From a virus (lineage: Duplodnaviria > Caudoviricetes), in the IMG/VR virus record IMGVR_UViG_3300037493_001441, positions 1 to 54,219 of that record: DNA of 54,219 nt; one strand, written 5' to 3'. Under the pieces are notes generated by a model. It was given only the letters and a program-made list of their open reading frames with translations, ran no database searches and had not been told where the DNA came from. This document shows, piece by piece, positions 26,729-36,017 of this stretch. The position numbers were made by a program, and so were the translations under genes. How positions within the stretch are numbered: the stretch's first letter is position 1; every line of letters starts with the position of its first letter.

Positions 26729-27475
26729 CTACAACGCGTATGCCAGAAGCATGAGTTCACTGGCTTCATCGCTAAGGGGTGGGTGCTTTTCTTCAACCAT
26801 GTCTAAGGCAAAAAGCAGCATCAATTCATCTTCAGCCTGTGACTTGCGCTTGTACTTTTGCGCAATCTCGTTGAAGTCGAGGACAACTTGTTGGGTTTCT
26901 TGCGCCAGCAATAGGATGTCAGCAATGAACTGCTGCGCAGCAACTGCATCCGACATGGACCCGGTAAGCTGCTCAATTTGCTGTTCTGCCTTGACCGCAG
27001 CGGTCTCTATGCGTTCCAGCTGCTCGGCATCTTCCTTGCGCTTCTTGGCTGATATGCGCTTGGCCTTGGCTACAACTTCGAGATCGACCGGCTCAGTCTT
27101 CTTCTTTTTCTTCTCCGGCTTGGCGAACGCCTTGGTGTAGTACTCAATGAGCCACAGCCGGGATACCCCGGACTTGGTGGTGACAGCAGGCTGCGCTGCG
27201 GCGTCAAAGCAGATCCAAGAAACCTTGACGTTGCCAGGTACAAACCCGCTGGCGCTACCCGTTGGGGCAGTCAAAGGTACAGTACTCAGCGGGCCAGATC
27301 TAGTTGCCGACCCAAATGCAGAACCAGTTGGCGCGCCAAGCGCAACAAGCGCAACCGGTCCCGCGCCTACAGAACTACCAGTCGCACCGCCTGTTGGCGG
27401 CTCAAGCTGAATTGCGGCAATGGACCCGCTTGCAGATGCATCGCCACCACCTTGTAGGGCTAGTAGCAGTGACAT
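26729..27475 (-). CDS. Fibre-like protein with charged coiled-coil C-terminus
   Basis: G/S/A/P-rich N-terminal repeats; duplicated ELMLL..AL end motif. Confidence 0.6.
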   Translation of the reverse strand: MSLLLALQGGGDASASGSIAAIQLEPPTGGATGSSVGAGPVALVALGAPTGSAFGSATRSGPLSTVPLTAPTGSASGFVPGNVKVSWICFDAAAQPAVTTKSGVSRLWLIEYYTKAFAKPEKKKKKTEPVDLEVVAKAKRISAKKRKEDAEQLERIETAAVKAEQQIEQLTGSMSDAVAAQQFIADILLLAQETQQVVLDFNEIAQKYKRKSQAEDELMLLFALDMVEEKHPPLSDEASELMLLAYAL

Positions 27476-27485
27476 GGACTATCCC

Positions 27486-28871
27486 TTAAACGATTTCTTT
27501 CCAGTTGATACTGGCGGCTACCGTAGCGGCCACCGTGGCCGTGCCTGTCAGCGTACCAACACACAGATACAGATTCGCTGGGCCTGTGATGGCAGCAGTG
27601 CCTGCTGCGTTGTAGCCGATCGCATTCATGTTGTCGTTAAGCGTAGACAGATCGAACGTGTACTGCCCAACCACGTTTGGGATCACCGCATTCCAGATTG
27701 CGGTTCCCGTAATCGCTGTTGCTGCGGTTGCTGCGTTGTCCACTACTGTTGTTGCTCCAGCGACTGTTACAGCAAACGTAGCGCCAGTTGCGGGAGTGCC
27801 GTTCATCAGGAGGGCACATTGCAAAGACGTAGCGCCAGTGGACGCCACGGCCACCACGATAGTGACCATGTGCGGGAGGATTCTGGCGCGTTTCGTCAGG
27901 TCATTGGTTGTTGCAGCCTTGATTCCAAGCACGGGGTAAAGACCCGCAGCAGTACCTCCAACTTTGGCAGTTGCACCAGAAGTGCCGCCAAAATACTTCC
28001 AGCCGCGCATATCGCTCACGTCGCCCTCTTGCAGCACCACGCAGTTAATCAAGGTCAGGTTATTGATGACCGACGCGCCGTAGTTGTAGCACTCTGCGCG
28101 GACAGGTAGTGTTCCGGTTCTGCTCCACGACTCAGCCAGTGCATTGACAGAAATCATCTTGTGGCACCAGATCAGCCCCGCAGCAGTCTCGAATCCAAAT
28201 CGAATAGTTCCGACTCCCAGCCACTGGAACTCAATGACCAAGTGCTGTGCCTTTGTAAAGTTCAGAGTTACGCCGCTTGCGCCTGTTCCGTTGAGCTTGT
28301 CTTGGTTCCAGCCCGCTTGAAGCACACGCTCTTCTGTTCCAGTTGCACCCTGAGTCATGTAGCGGCGAACAACGGAGATCGTACCGGAGTCGTTCTCAAG
28401 GTAAAGGCCATCCCCAGCAGTTGACGGGAATGTACCTTGGTCCGTAAACATACCAACACGCTGCCGCAGGTTGGCTGAGTTGGGGCTAATCATGTTGAAC
28501 GTGAAGCGCAGCAGCGTACTGATACCCGGTGCGTAACGAACGTGGTTGTAAGACTGAATCCAACGACCAGTGCCCGTAGCCACTGTGGTGGTCAGGTTCA
28601 CGCCGTACAGGTTGGTAGTCAGTGCCTCAGTGCCAGCACCGTAAGCCGTTGACTCCCAGATGGTCGTGGCAAGAGTTGGGGTCTGTGCGCCAAAGCTGTA
28701 TTCAAACGCAATGCGCGGCTCTGACACGCGAAGCCTGCCAAAGCTGTCGGTAATCGCGTCATCGTCGTTAAACGTGATGGTGTTTGCCGAGGTAGATGTC
28801 AGTTGTACAGGAATTGGGTTTGCGTCAGTTGCAATCGTTGTCCCATTAATCCCGATTAGCGATGCACTCAT
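27486..28871 (-). CDS. Beta-rich virion protein, paralog of 29990..31375
   Basis: Shared DxFGRLRVSE, VRYxPG, WNxDKxxGTGxSG, QWLGVG and LPVR blocks. Confidence 0.75.
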   Translation of the reverse strand: MSASLIGINGTTIATDANPIPVQLTSTSANTITFNDDDAITDSFGRLRVSEPRIAFEYSFGAQTPTLATTIWESTAYGAGTEALTTNLYGVNLTTTVATGTGRWIQSYNHVRYAPGISTLLRFTFNMISPNSANLRQRVGMFTDQGTFPSTAGDGLYLENDSGTISVVRRYMTQGATGTEERVLQAGWNQDKLNGTGASGVTLNFTKAQHLVIEFQWLGVGTIRFGFETAAGLIWCHKMISVNALAESWSRTGTLPVRAECYNYGASVINNLTLINCVVLQEGDVSDMRGWKYFGGTSGATAKVGGTAAGLYPVLGIKAATTNDLTKRARILPHMVTIVVAVASTGATSLQCALLMNGTPATGATFAVTVAGATTVVDNAATAATAITGTAIWNAVIPNVVGQYTFDLSTLNDNMNAIGYNAAGTAAITGPANLYLCVGTLTGTATVAATVAASINWKEIV

Positions 28872-28879
28872 ATTTCCCC

Positions 28880-29149
28880 TTATGCCGATGCGTAGGCAAT
28901 GTTGTAGATTCCATGGGCAAGCCCAGTGTTGCACTTGACATAGACGGTAAAGCCAACGCCAGCATTCACGCTGTGGGCTATCACCGTCAGGTCTTCAATC
29001 AAATGGTTGTCAATCTCGTTTGTCGCAGTGACAGCAGGCAGCAACCAAGCCTCGACAAGCTGACCACCTGCGATGGAAGGCAAAGACACAGCAACCGACA
29101 CATCAGTCTTGCCAGTTCCAAAGTCAACAGTTGTTGTTCCGGTTGCCAT
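28880..29149 (-). CDS. Small beta-rich structural protein
   Basis: Coupled ORF in the structural block. Confidence 0.65.
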   Translation of the reverse strand: MATGTTTVDFGTGKTDVSVAVSLPSIAGGQLVEAWLLPAVTATNEIDNHLIEDLTVIAHSVNAGVGFTVYVKCNTGLAHGIYNIAYASA

Positions 29150-29568
29150 CAGCGGTTGACGTATAGCGGGGTTGTTACAGTAGCGGTAAACGTGCCGTTT
29201 GTGGACGCAGTATCACCCCCAAAATCTACGAACGCGACCAGCTCGTCAGTCGCTGCGCTTCCGATTACCTTGTAAATCCACATGCCAGCAGCGCTCAGTG
29301 TGGCGCTTGTCCAAGCAGCTGGGTTGCCAAACGTAACTGCCACGCGGTTGTTTGTCGCATCCACTGCAGACACGACACAGGTTACGTCTGCACCCCCAGA
29401 GACATAGGTGCCAGAATCTGGACACTCGGTGACTATGTCAGAGCGGAAGCTGAACGTGTCAAACTCAGCTTCAGACGGGACTGCATTAACAAGCATGGCT
29501 TTGTAGGTGCCCGTAAAGTAGGCATCAGCAAGGCGCTTCGTCAAAATGAGTGCGTTGGTTGAGGCCAT
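29149..29568 (-). CDS. Structural protein
   Basis: Y..GG...DELVAFVDFGGD..STNGTF motif. Confidence 0.7.
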   Translation of the reverse strand: MASTNALILTKRLADAYFTGTYKAMLVNAVPSEAEFDTFSFRSDIVTECPDSGTYVSGGADVTCVVSAVDATNNRVAVTFGNPAAWTSATLSAAGMWIYKVIGSAATDELVAFVDFGGDTASTNGTFTATVTTPLYVNR

Positions 29569-29990
29569 TAAGCGGATTCAAGTTCAACTGAAAAGTAGCC
29601 AGACGTAACAGCGGCAATCTCGCCCGGTGTGAGGGTGATCGTGTACTCGCTGTCTATTGGCGTGAGGGCCTGGGTCTGGCTGCGGATGGTGGTCGTGCCG
29701 TTAACCAGGCGAATAATTAAGCTGTTGCCAGTCGTGCTGGACGCCCGGTACTTCAACTTCTGGTACTCGGTGCCTGGATAGGTGGTCGGGTTCAGGCTTA
29801 GGTTGCAAGTAGAGCCCACGCTGGTCGTGCTGATGTAGTCGGAGTCGTCAGGCACAACCTCGTCCAGCATCAGGCACAGGTAGTCCCCAGAGCTTGGAAC
29901 CCAACCCGCATTGCTTGTGTCGCCCAGCGGTCGCCCGATGGTGGACGTCAGGGCGTGCGTGGTGTTGTGGAAGTCGAGATCGTGGAGCAT
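29568..29990 (-). CDS. Structural protein
   Basis: LDEVVPDDSDYIS motif; coupled ORF. Confidence 0.65.
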   Translation of the reverse strand: MLHDLDFHNTTHALTSTIGRPLGDTSNAGWVPSSGDYLCLMLDEVVPDDSDYISTTSVGSTCNLSLNPTTYPGTEYQKLKYRASSTTGNSLIIRLVNGTTTIRSQTQALTPIDSEYTITLTPGEIAAVTSGYFSVELESA

Positions 29991-31375
29991 TAGATCACCT
30001 GCTCATGCCAGTTGGCCAGTGCAGTTATGTTTGACGTTCCAGTGAAGGAAGTGCAAACAATGCTGACATTGATTTGGTTTGCTGTGAGCGCATCAATCTG
30101 GCTGAGTACCAACGGATTGCGGATGTCAGTGTCCCGGCTAGTGACTCCTGCATTGGATCCGGAGCCAGAGATTACGAACCCGCTGATGATGGTCACACCG
30201 TTCGCTATTGCAGTGGCTGTGGTGTCGTACTCAGCAGTTGAATTGGTATCGACGCTGGCAAACGCTGCACCCGTCAACGTGCCGCCAACCACAACCTCGT
30301 ACATTGAGTCGTTTGTTGTTGCGCGTAGTGTAAACGTCAAGTCTTCTATGTGCGCGCGGTTGGTACGGCTGTTGTAGGTTGCCTTGGGGCGAATAGACAG
30401 GACTGGGCGGCGAGTTGTTACAGCCGTTGTTGTGATAGTTGGAGGTGCGGAGAATGGGAAGCCACGAACCTCTGTCCCACCTTCAGACTGCACTGAGCAG
30501 CAGACAAACTGAATAGTCGCGCCTGTGCTCGCTCCGGTGTTCCGAGTCTCCATCCGCACAGGAAGATTGAATGACTGAGTGTACGGCACAGCTAGGCTAT
30601 TGGCATTCAGGAACTGGTGCACCGGGTAGAGCACGCCGTTAATGTCGAAGCCAACAACCACACGCCCAACGCCGAGCCACTGAGCCTGAATAAACAGAAT
30701 CTGCGTCTTGGTCAGGTCTAGCGTGATACCGGAAACACCTGTTCCGTCCATCTTGTCTATGTTCCAAGACGCTTGCACTACGCGGTTGTCTACGACTGAG
30801 CCACTGGTGGACGTCCGGCGCACCATTGCAAGCACACCATTAGTGACTTCAAAGAATACGCCGTTAGCGGAGTCAAAGTACCCAACGCGAGAGTCGTTGT
30901 TGGCGACGGTGCCAGGACTGAAGATGCCAGTCAGCAGCACAAGATGTGACTTGCCAGGAACGTAGCGCACGTACTGGCGGGACTGCAGGACAGCGTAGTG
31001 GCCTGATGTCCCGCTCACGGTGATCGGAGTCATCCGGGTGTTTGCATCAGTCGGGCCAACTGAGTTGGAGCCGTTGGTGACACTGCCGTTACTACTTGGC
31101 GTCGAAAGAGTGCCGTTAGCAGTGGCATCCCATGTCGTGCGCGTGTCCAGTCCGTACTCTTGCTGTGAGTCGAACAGCGTTATTGCCTCGGAGACGCGCA
31201 GACGCCCGAATGCGTCCAGTTGCACAGTGTCAGCAAGCGCTATAGGCAGTGTCTCACCGGCGTACGCCTCCACCCGCTGACGGTAGACTTCAGTCCCCGA
31301 CAGTGTGAGTGTCCCGTTATCGACCTTCTTACCGGTCGAGTCCGGGGCAATCTGGATGTAGGCGTCAGCCGACAC
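29990..31375 (-). CDS. Beta-rich virion protein, paralog of 27486..28871
   Basis: PDSTGKKVD N-terminus; shared blocks with the paralog. Confidence 0.75.
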   Translation of the reverse strand: MSADAYIQIAPDSTGKKVDNGTLTLSGTEVYRQRVEAYAGETLPIALADTVQLDAFGRLRVSEAITLFDSQQEYGLDTRTTWDATANGTLSTPSSNGSVTNGSNSVGPTDANTRMTPITVSGTSGHYAVLQSRQYVRYVPGKSHLVLLTGIFSPGTVANNDSRVGYFDSANGVFFEVTNGVLAMVRRTSTSGSVVDNRVVQASWNIDKMDGTGVSGITLDLTKTQILFIQAQWLGVGRVVVGFDINGVLYPVHQFLNANSLAVPYTQSFNLPVRMETRNTGASTGATIQFVCCSVQSEGGTEVRGFPFSAPPTITTTAVTTRRPVLSIRPKATYNSRTNRAHIEDLTFTLRATTNDSMYEVVVGGTLTGAAFASVDTNSTAEYDTTATAIANGVTIISGFVISGSGSNAGVTSRDTDIRNPLVLSQIDALTANQINVSIVCTSFTGTSNITALANWHEQVI

Positions 31376-31690
31376 TTAGATGCCCGCTTGAAGCACCACG
31401 CACACTGTGCTACCTGCACCGGCGGTCTGGTTAATCCGAACACCAGTCACTGGGGCGGTGAACGCTACATCTTTGGTTGCGCTGCCGGTGAGAGTAGAGG
31501 AGTCAATCCAGGTTGCGGTAGCCGGGTTAAACGTCGAGGCGTACACATCATCAAACGTGTACTGGGCCTTGAACGTCACAGCACCAGTCACAAGGACTGC
31601 AACGCTGAAGTTGACGGGTGTCACGTTGTTGTTGATCGCCGCAACCGCTGAAACGGAAATGCCCGAGGTGGATAGAACTATGCGCTTCAT
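31376..31690 (-). CDS. Small structural protein
   Basis: QYTFDDV and P.TGVRIN...LQAG motifs. Confidence 0.7.
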   Translation of the reverse strand: MKRIVLSTSGISVSAVAAINNNVTPVNFSVAVLVTGAVTFKAQYTFDDVYASTFNPATATWIDSSTLTGSATKDVAFTAPVTGVRINQTAGAGSTVCVVLQAGI

Positions 31691-34509
31691 TTCGTGGTTC
31701 CTTTAATGATTGACTCGACGCCGATGTTGTTGCCCATCTCGTCCTTGATGTACCGCGCAACCCGAGGGGCGCTGTGCGCTGCGTGTAACCCCGACAACCC
31801 CTGCGCAAGCTGCTCCATCATTGCTGAGGAGTTTGCCTGCATGTCGGCAATTATAGGTTGAATAATCCCGGCAACGTCCGGAACTTGTGGGGCAGCACTC
31901 TGTTGAATGAGCGTCTGTAGTACCAAGAACTGCGCATCGTTGTCAGCTTTTAGTTGCATACGGTACGTCTCAGCCCGAGCAGCCTCAGTTTCTCGCTGTT
32001 GCAACTGCGCTGCGTTGAACTCAGCAAGTTGACGCTGCGTTTCAAGCGCGTGCTGCTCGATACTGGTGGCCATGGCAGTAGCACGGTCGTTGGCGTCTTG
32101 TTTGGTCTCTTCTTGCCACTTCTTGAACATGCGCTCTTCCTCGTCGTTGGCCATTTTGGCTTCCAACGCACGTTGCTGCTCTGCTGCCTTGAACTGCAGA
32201 GCTTTCTCTTCGTCTTGTGACCGCTGAAGCGCCTGATTCTTGGCCAACTCCATTTGAGCAGCGTTGTTGGCCTGAGCAATGGCGGCTTGGCCAGCAATTT
32301 GAGCCTGCACCGTAGGGTCCACAGGGGGCTTAGGCGCAAACTGCGCAGCGAGTTGTTGCGCCTGCTGCATGGCAGGCATAATCATAGGACCGAGTAACTG
32401 GGCCATGACTTGATCAGCAAACGCAGCGCCTTTCGCCTCTGCCTGCACCTGTGTCAAATCCCCGCCCAAGACTGGAGACAAGGTCAACAGGGCGTCTGCA
32501 GCACCTCTGGTGTGCTTCTTGTAGAATGACATCATGTGGTCCTTGATGTGCACCATCAAGGGTCCAAACGCCTGCGCACCTATCAGCGGGTTCGCACCGA
32601 ACATCGGGCTGACCAGGAAGTGAAGGTGTGTTTCCAGGTGGGCAACGTCATCTTGCTCAGAGTAGACCTTGAGAGGTGCTGGTTCAGGTGAGCACACCAG
32701 GTAGGTCTCATCCAACGGACCCATGCGCTTTGGGTCTTTGGGTAGATTGGCAAGATCGTCGGGCGAAGGTATTTGCAGCAAGCGAAGCGAGCGCTGCAGT
32801 AGCCTATCGGGTTTGAAGAACTGTACAAATGCCGGGTTGGCTGCAAGCTGCATGACAGCCTGCAACTGGGCGTAACGCTGGGCTTCGCTGAATATGTTGG
32901 GGTCGGACACCGGAATGATGTCAAGCGGACCTTGGAAGTCCTGCCGAGTGACCACTAAGGAGCCTAGCTCCTCAACCGTCTCATCGTCTGTCATGTTTTC
33001 TGCATCCAAGCGGTGCAGAATCTCTAACTCTTTCTTCAGCGATGCGTGGCAACGTGCGTGAATGGCTGAGAAGTTGACCGAGCCATGCTCAATCAGCGCC
33101 AATGCGGTACCCACAGGCATATTGTTGCCGGCTTGGCTTATGGCCTCACTCGCTGTGCTGATGACGCCTTCGGCTTGCTGTGTCAACCACTCCAATAGGT
33201 TGAAAAGCACGGGTGATGGCCCTGCAAACGGGAAGGGCATGACCATCTTGCGGATGTCATCCACACCCGCCGGAGCGTCGATCTCAGCCAGCTCGGTGGC
33301 GTTGACCTGAATACTCTGCCCTGCAGTGCGCCCGCCCTTGAGCTTCAGTCCTCCGGGGAAGTTCTGAATCATCGCGCTGTCCATCAGTGCGCGTAGCGAG
33401 CCCGTACCAGCAGCTGACAGCGATCCAATGAGGTGGAATAGACCTACACCAGGACCACCCCGCCAAGGAATGAAGGTGTATTCCACCATCCAGTGCTTCT
33501 TGGCGAATTTGTCATCATCGTGTGCCCAATTGCGGTACAGACCCAACACCTTCTGCGTGTCGTTCTCAATGTGTATGATGTACGGGGCGATGCGGCCCTT
33601 GGTCAGCGGGTCGTCCTCGAGCGCCAAGTCCACATAGGCCATGTAGATCTCACGCAAGCCCTCGTCGTTGTAGGCGCTGTCGTCTTCCTCAACGCCCTCA
33701 ACCTTGTCGCTGGCCACTTTGGACTGTGATTTGTCAGACCAGCCTGGGGTGGGCGCAGAAATGTTCAGGTCGCGGTACAAACCGGACGCAATGCGCTTGT
33801 CATATTCGTCACGCGCTACCCACTGGCGATGAGTGACCCGGTAGCTGGTGTAGAAATCAGACTGGGAGTATGGCAGGAAGACGTCATCAATAAAGACAGT
33901 CTCTGTGCGTGGACGTCCGAGTTCTGCATCCCACCACCAGCGCTTGTACTGCGAGCCGCCCAGCGGCAGTTGGCTCAGAAGACGCTCAAACTCCGCGCGC
34001 TGTTCACCAATACGGGTGGTGAGCTGCCAATTCATGTAGGTCTTCTTGCGCTCAGCCTTGTCCAGCTTGGCGTCGTCGGACTCACCGATGATCTGCGTCT
34101 TGCATGGGCCGGTGGACGGGAAGAGCTCCTTGATTGCGCGAGAGGCAAAGTCCACGCAGCCCTTGGCGAGCATGGGGTGAACGGCCTTGCTAGAGCCCTC
34201 AAACGTGGCCCCGCCGGGAGCATCCTTACCTAGCCCAGTGCGCTTGATGCCTTCAGCTTGTTGCTTGTCTCGGGGCTCGCGGGAGGTGCGGTCGGACTCA
34301 ATGAGTTCGGCCTGATCGGTGCCCAGGGATGTGATGAATGTGGAAGGGAATGACTCGGCTAAGTTCTCGCCGAAGTCGGGGTCTTCAGGGTCGAGGTCAT
34401 CGTCATCTTCGCCCGTCATGTTGATGAGCGCGGACCCGTCTTCCTGCTCCTCAACCTCAAACGTCGGATCTACGTCGGTGATATCGTCGTCGATGGGTGA
34501 AAGGGCCAT
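31687..34509 (-). CDS. Portal protein
   Basis: F.ENLAE, HPMLAKGCVDF, LPLGGSQYK, PVGT.LAL.E.G and PVSDPNIFS; Q-rich C-terminal barrel; follows terL. Confidence 0.9.
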   Translation of the reverse strand: MALSPIDDDITDVDPTFEVEEQEDGSALINMTGEDDDDLDPEDPDFGENLAESFPSTFITSLGTDQAELIESDRTSREPRDKQQAEGIKRTGLGKDAPGGATFEGSSKAVHPMLAKGCVDFASRAIKELFPSTGPCKTQIIGESDDAKLDKAERKKTYMNWQLTTRIGEQRAEFERLLSQLPLGGSQYKRWWWDAELGRPRTETVFIDDVFLPYSQSDFYTSYRVTHRQWVARDEYDKRIASGLYRDLNISAPTPGWSDKSQSKVASDKVEGVEEDDSAYNDEGLREIYMAYVDLALEDDPLTKGRIAPYIIHIENDTQKVLGLYRNWAHDDDKFAKKHWMVEYTFIPWRGGPGVGLFHLIGSLSAAGTGSLRALMDSAMIQNFPGGLKLKGGRTAGQSIQVNATELAEIDAPAGVDDIRKMVMPFPFAGPSPVLFNLLEWLTQQAEGVISTASEAISQAGNNMPVGTALALIEHGSVNFSAIHARCHASLKKELEILHRLDAENMTDDETVEELGSLVVTRQDFQGPLDIIPVSDPNIFSEAQRYAQLQAVMQLAANPAFVQFFKPDRLLQRSLRLLQIPSPDDLANLPKDPKRMGPLDETYLVCSPEPAPLKVYSEQDDVAHLETHLHFLVSPMFGANPLIGAQAFGPLMVHIKDHMMSFYKKHTRGAADALLTLSPVLGGDLTQVQAEAKGAAFADQVMAQLLGPMIMPAMQQAQQLAAQFAPKPPVDPTVQAQIAGQAAIAQANNAAQMELAKNQALQRSQDEEKALQFKAAEQQRALEAKMANDEEERMFKKWQEETKQDANDRATAMATSIEQHALETQRQLAEFNAAQLQQRETEAARAETYRMQLKADNDAQFLVLQTLIQQSAAPQVPDVAGIIQPIIADMQANSSAMMEQLAQGLSGLHAAHSAPRVARYIKDEMGNNIGVESIIKGTTK

Positions 34510-34534
34510 AGTTTAATCCAATCGCAATTCGGGG

Positions 34535-34545
34535 AATTATAGGGC
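34535..34545 (-). promoter_or_regulatory. Late promoter motif GCCCTATAATT (portal)
   Basis: Identical 11-mer 26 nt upstream of the portal ATG. Confidence 0.65.
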
Positions 34546-36017
34546 TATCCGCCAACAGCGGTTTGTTTCATTTTTCTTGAACCCACCGCATTGCCCATCT
34601 GCGACAGTGCGCCTACTGCTTGTGAGGCTGTAGGTTTGCGGTTCTGGGCCAAGTTGACTACCAGGTTAGCAACCTGCGGAGGCAGCCCTGTGAGGTCTGT
34701 CAGTTCTCCAGAGGCGTACTGGGTCGCCAGGCTATCTAGGGTTGCTTTCGGGTCTCGGCCCCGGAGCGTAGACTGGGTGAGGCTGTTAGCGGCAGTGCCT
34801 GCAAAGTTGTTGCCGGTGGCGCCCTTAGCCAGACCGCCCATGTAGGTGCCGGCAGAGCTGACCAGCCCATTGACTAGCCCGTCCTGCAGCCCCTTGCCGA
34901 AGCCTTGGCCGTTGATAGCGCCTTGCACCCCGCCAAGCACCGTATTGCCTGCGACCTGCCCGGTGTAGCCTCCGCCCACAGCATCACCGACGTAGCTGCT
35001 GATAGGGGATAGGAGAGCGGACGTCGCCCCGGTCTTCAAGGAGTCGCCAATGTTCTTGCCCCGTACCAGGCTCATTCCGGTGTTCAGCGCGCCAGTGTTC
35101 AGTGCGGTATCCGCGTAGCCTGGGGCCATACCCATGTACCCTGCGAGGCCGGTTGCGGTTGGCGCTACCGCTGCTCCGCCTCCGAGAACGGTACCAGAGC
35201 CGATACCTGCGGAACCACCTGTACCTGCGGCTGCTCCAGCGCCCAGTGCGCCGTTGAGTGCGCCTACGCCGTAGTACATAGCTGCAGCTGTTGCGATAGG
35301 ACGCCCAACTGCTTTCCACGCCTCATCCCAGCCGTTGCCCCGGTTCGACTCAGGGTGAGGGTTGACGTTGTCGTAGGCATCGAAGTATGGGTGCGTGTTG
35401 CTGTAGCGTCCGCCTCCCCACTGGATAGCTGTTTCAGGCTGACCGTCGTATCCGCCGTCCCATCCGCCCATCTTCACTGTAGTTTTTGCGTTTGGACCAA
35501 GGTAAGTGTCATAGTAACCGCCTACGTCCTGTCCTGCTACCTCAGAGGCCGCATTGCCGCCCTTGTCGTTGGCTACAAATGTGGGGCCGTACTTCTTCAG
35601 GAAATCATCCCGAGTCATTGAGTGAGCCGTGGTGTATGCGGTCTGCTCCTTTGCCGCCCTTGCGCGCTCTGCATCGTATGGATCCGCGTTGTCCCATCCA
35701 CCCGGCGTCACTAGCTCATTGGGAGTACCGGCATCCACCACCACATCAGGAGCGCCATCTAGTTCCAAAGGGACAACTACGCCTCCAGTGTGTCCGTAAG
35801 TACTTGCAGTGTTTGGATTATCCGATGCCCAGACGAACCCCTTAGTATTGGGCTTAGCTTTAGAGACCTGCGACTTGGCTCTGTCCATAGCCTTCAAACC
35901 AGAGATAACCTCAAGATCATTAGTAGCTAGCCTGGGTATACCCCGATAGTAAGTAGGCTGAGAAGTTAATTCAGCCACCTTAGCAGCTATCTGCGCAATC
36001 AGTTTAGGACTAGCCAT
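34545..36017 (-). CDS. Chimeric protein: partial ADP-ribosyltransferase-like N-terminus fused to a Gly-rich region
   Basis: YYRG...FVWASDNPNTASTYG..GGVVVPLEL...VVDAG, then G/A-rich hydrophobic repeats. Confidence 0.6.
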   Translation of the reverse strand: MASPKLIAQIAAKVAELTSQPTYYRGIPRLATNDLEVISGLKAMDRAKSQVSKAKPNTKGFVWASDNPNTASTYGHTGGVVVPLELDGAPDVVVDAGTPNELVTPGGWDNADPYDAERARAAKEQTAYTTAHSMTRDDFLKKYGPTFVANDKGGNAASEVAGQDVGGYYDTYLGPNAKTTVKMGGWDGGYDGQPETAIQWGGGRYSNTHPYFDAYDNVNPHPESNRGNGWDEAWKAVGRPIATAAAMYYGVGALNGALGAGAAAGTGGSAGIGSGTVLGGGAAVAPTATGLAGYMGMAPGYADTALNTGALNTGMSLVRGKNIGDSLKTGATSALLSPISSYVGDAVGGGYTGQVAGNTVLGGVQGAINGQGFGKGLQDGLVNGLVSSAGTYMGGLAKGATGNNFAGTAANSLTQSTLRGRDPKATLDSLATQYASGELTDLTGLPPQVANLVVNLAQNRKPTASQAVGALSQMGNAVGSRKMKQTAVGG

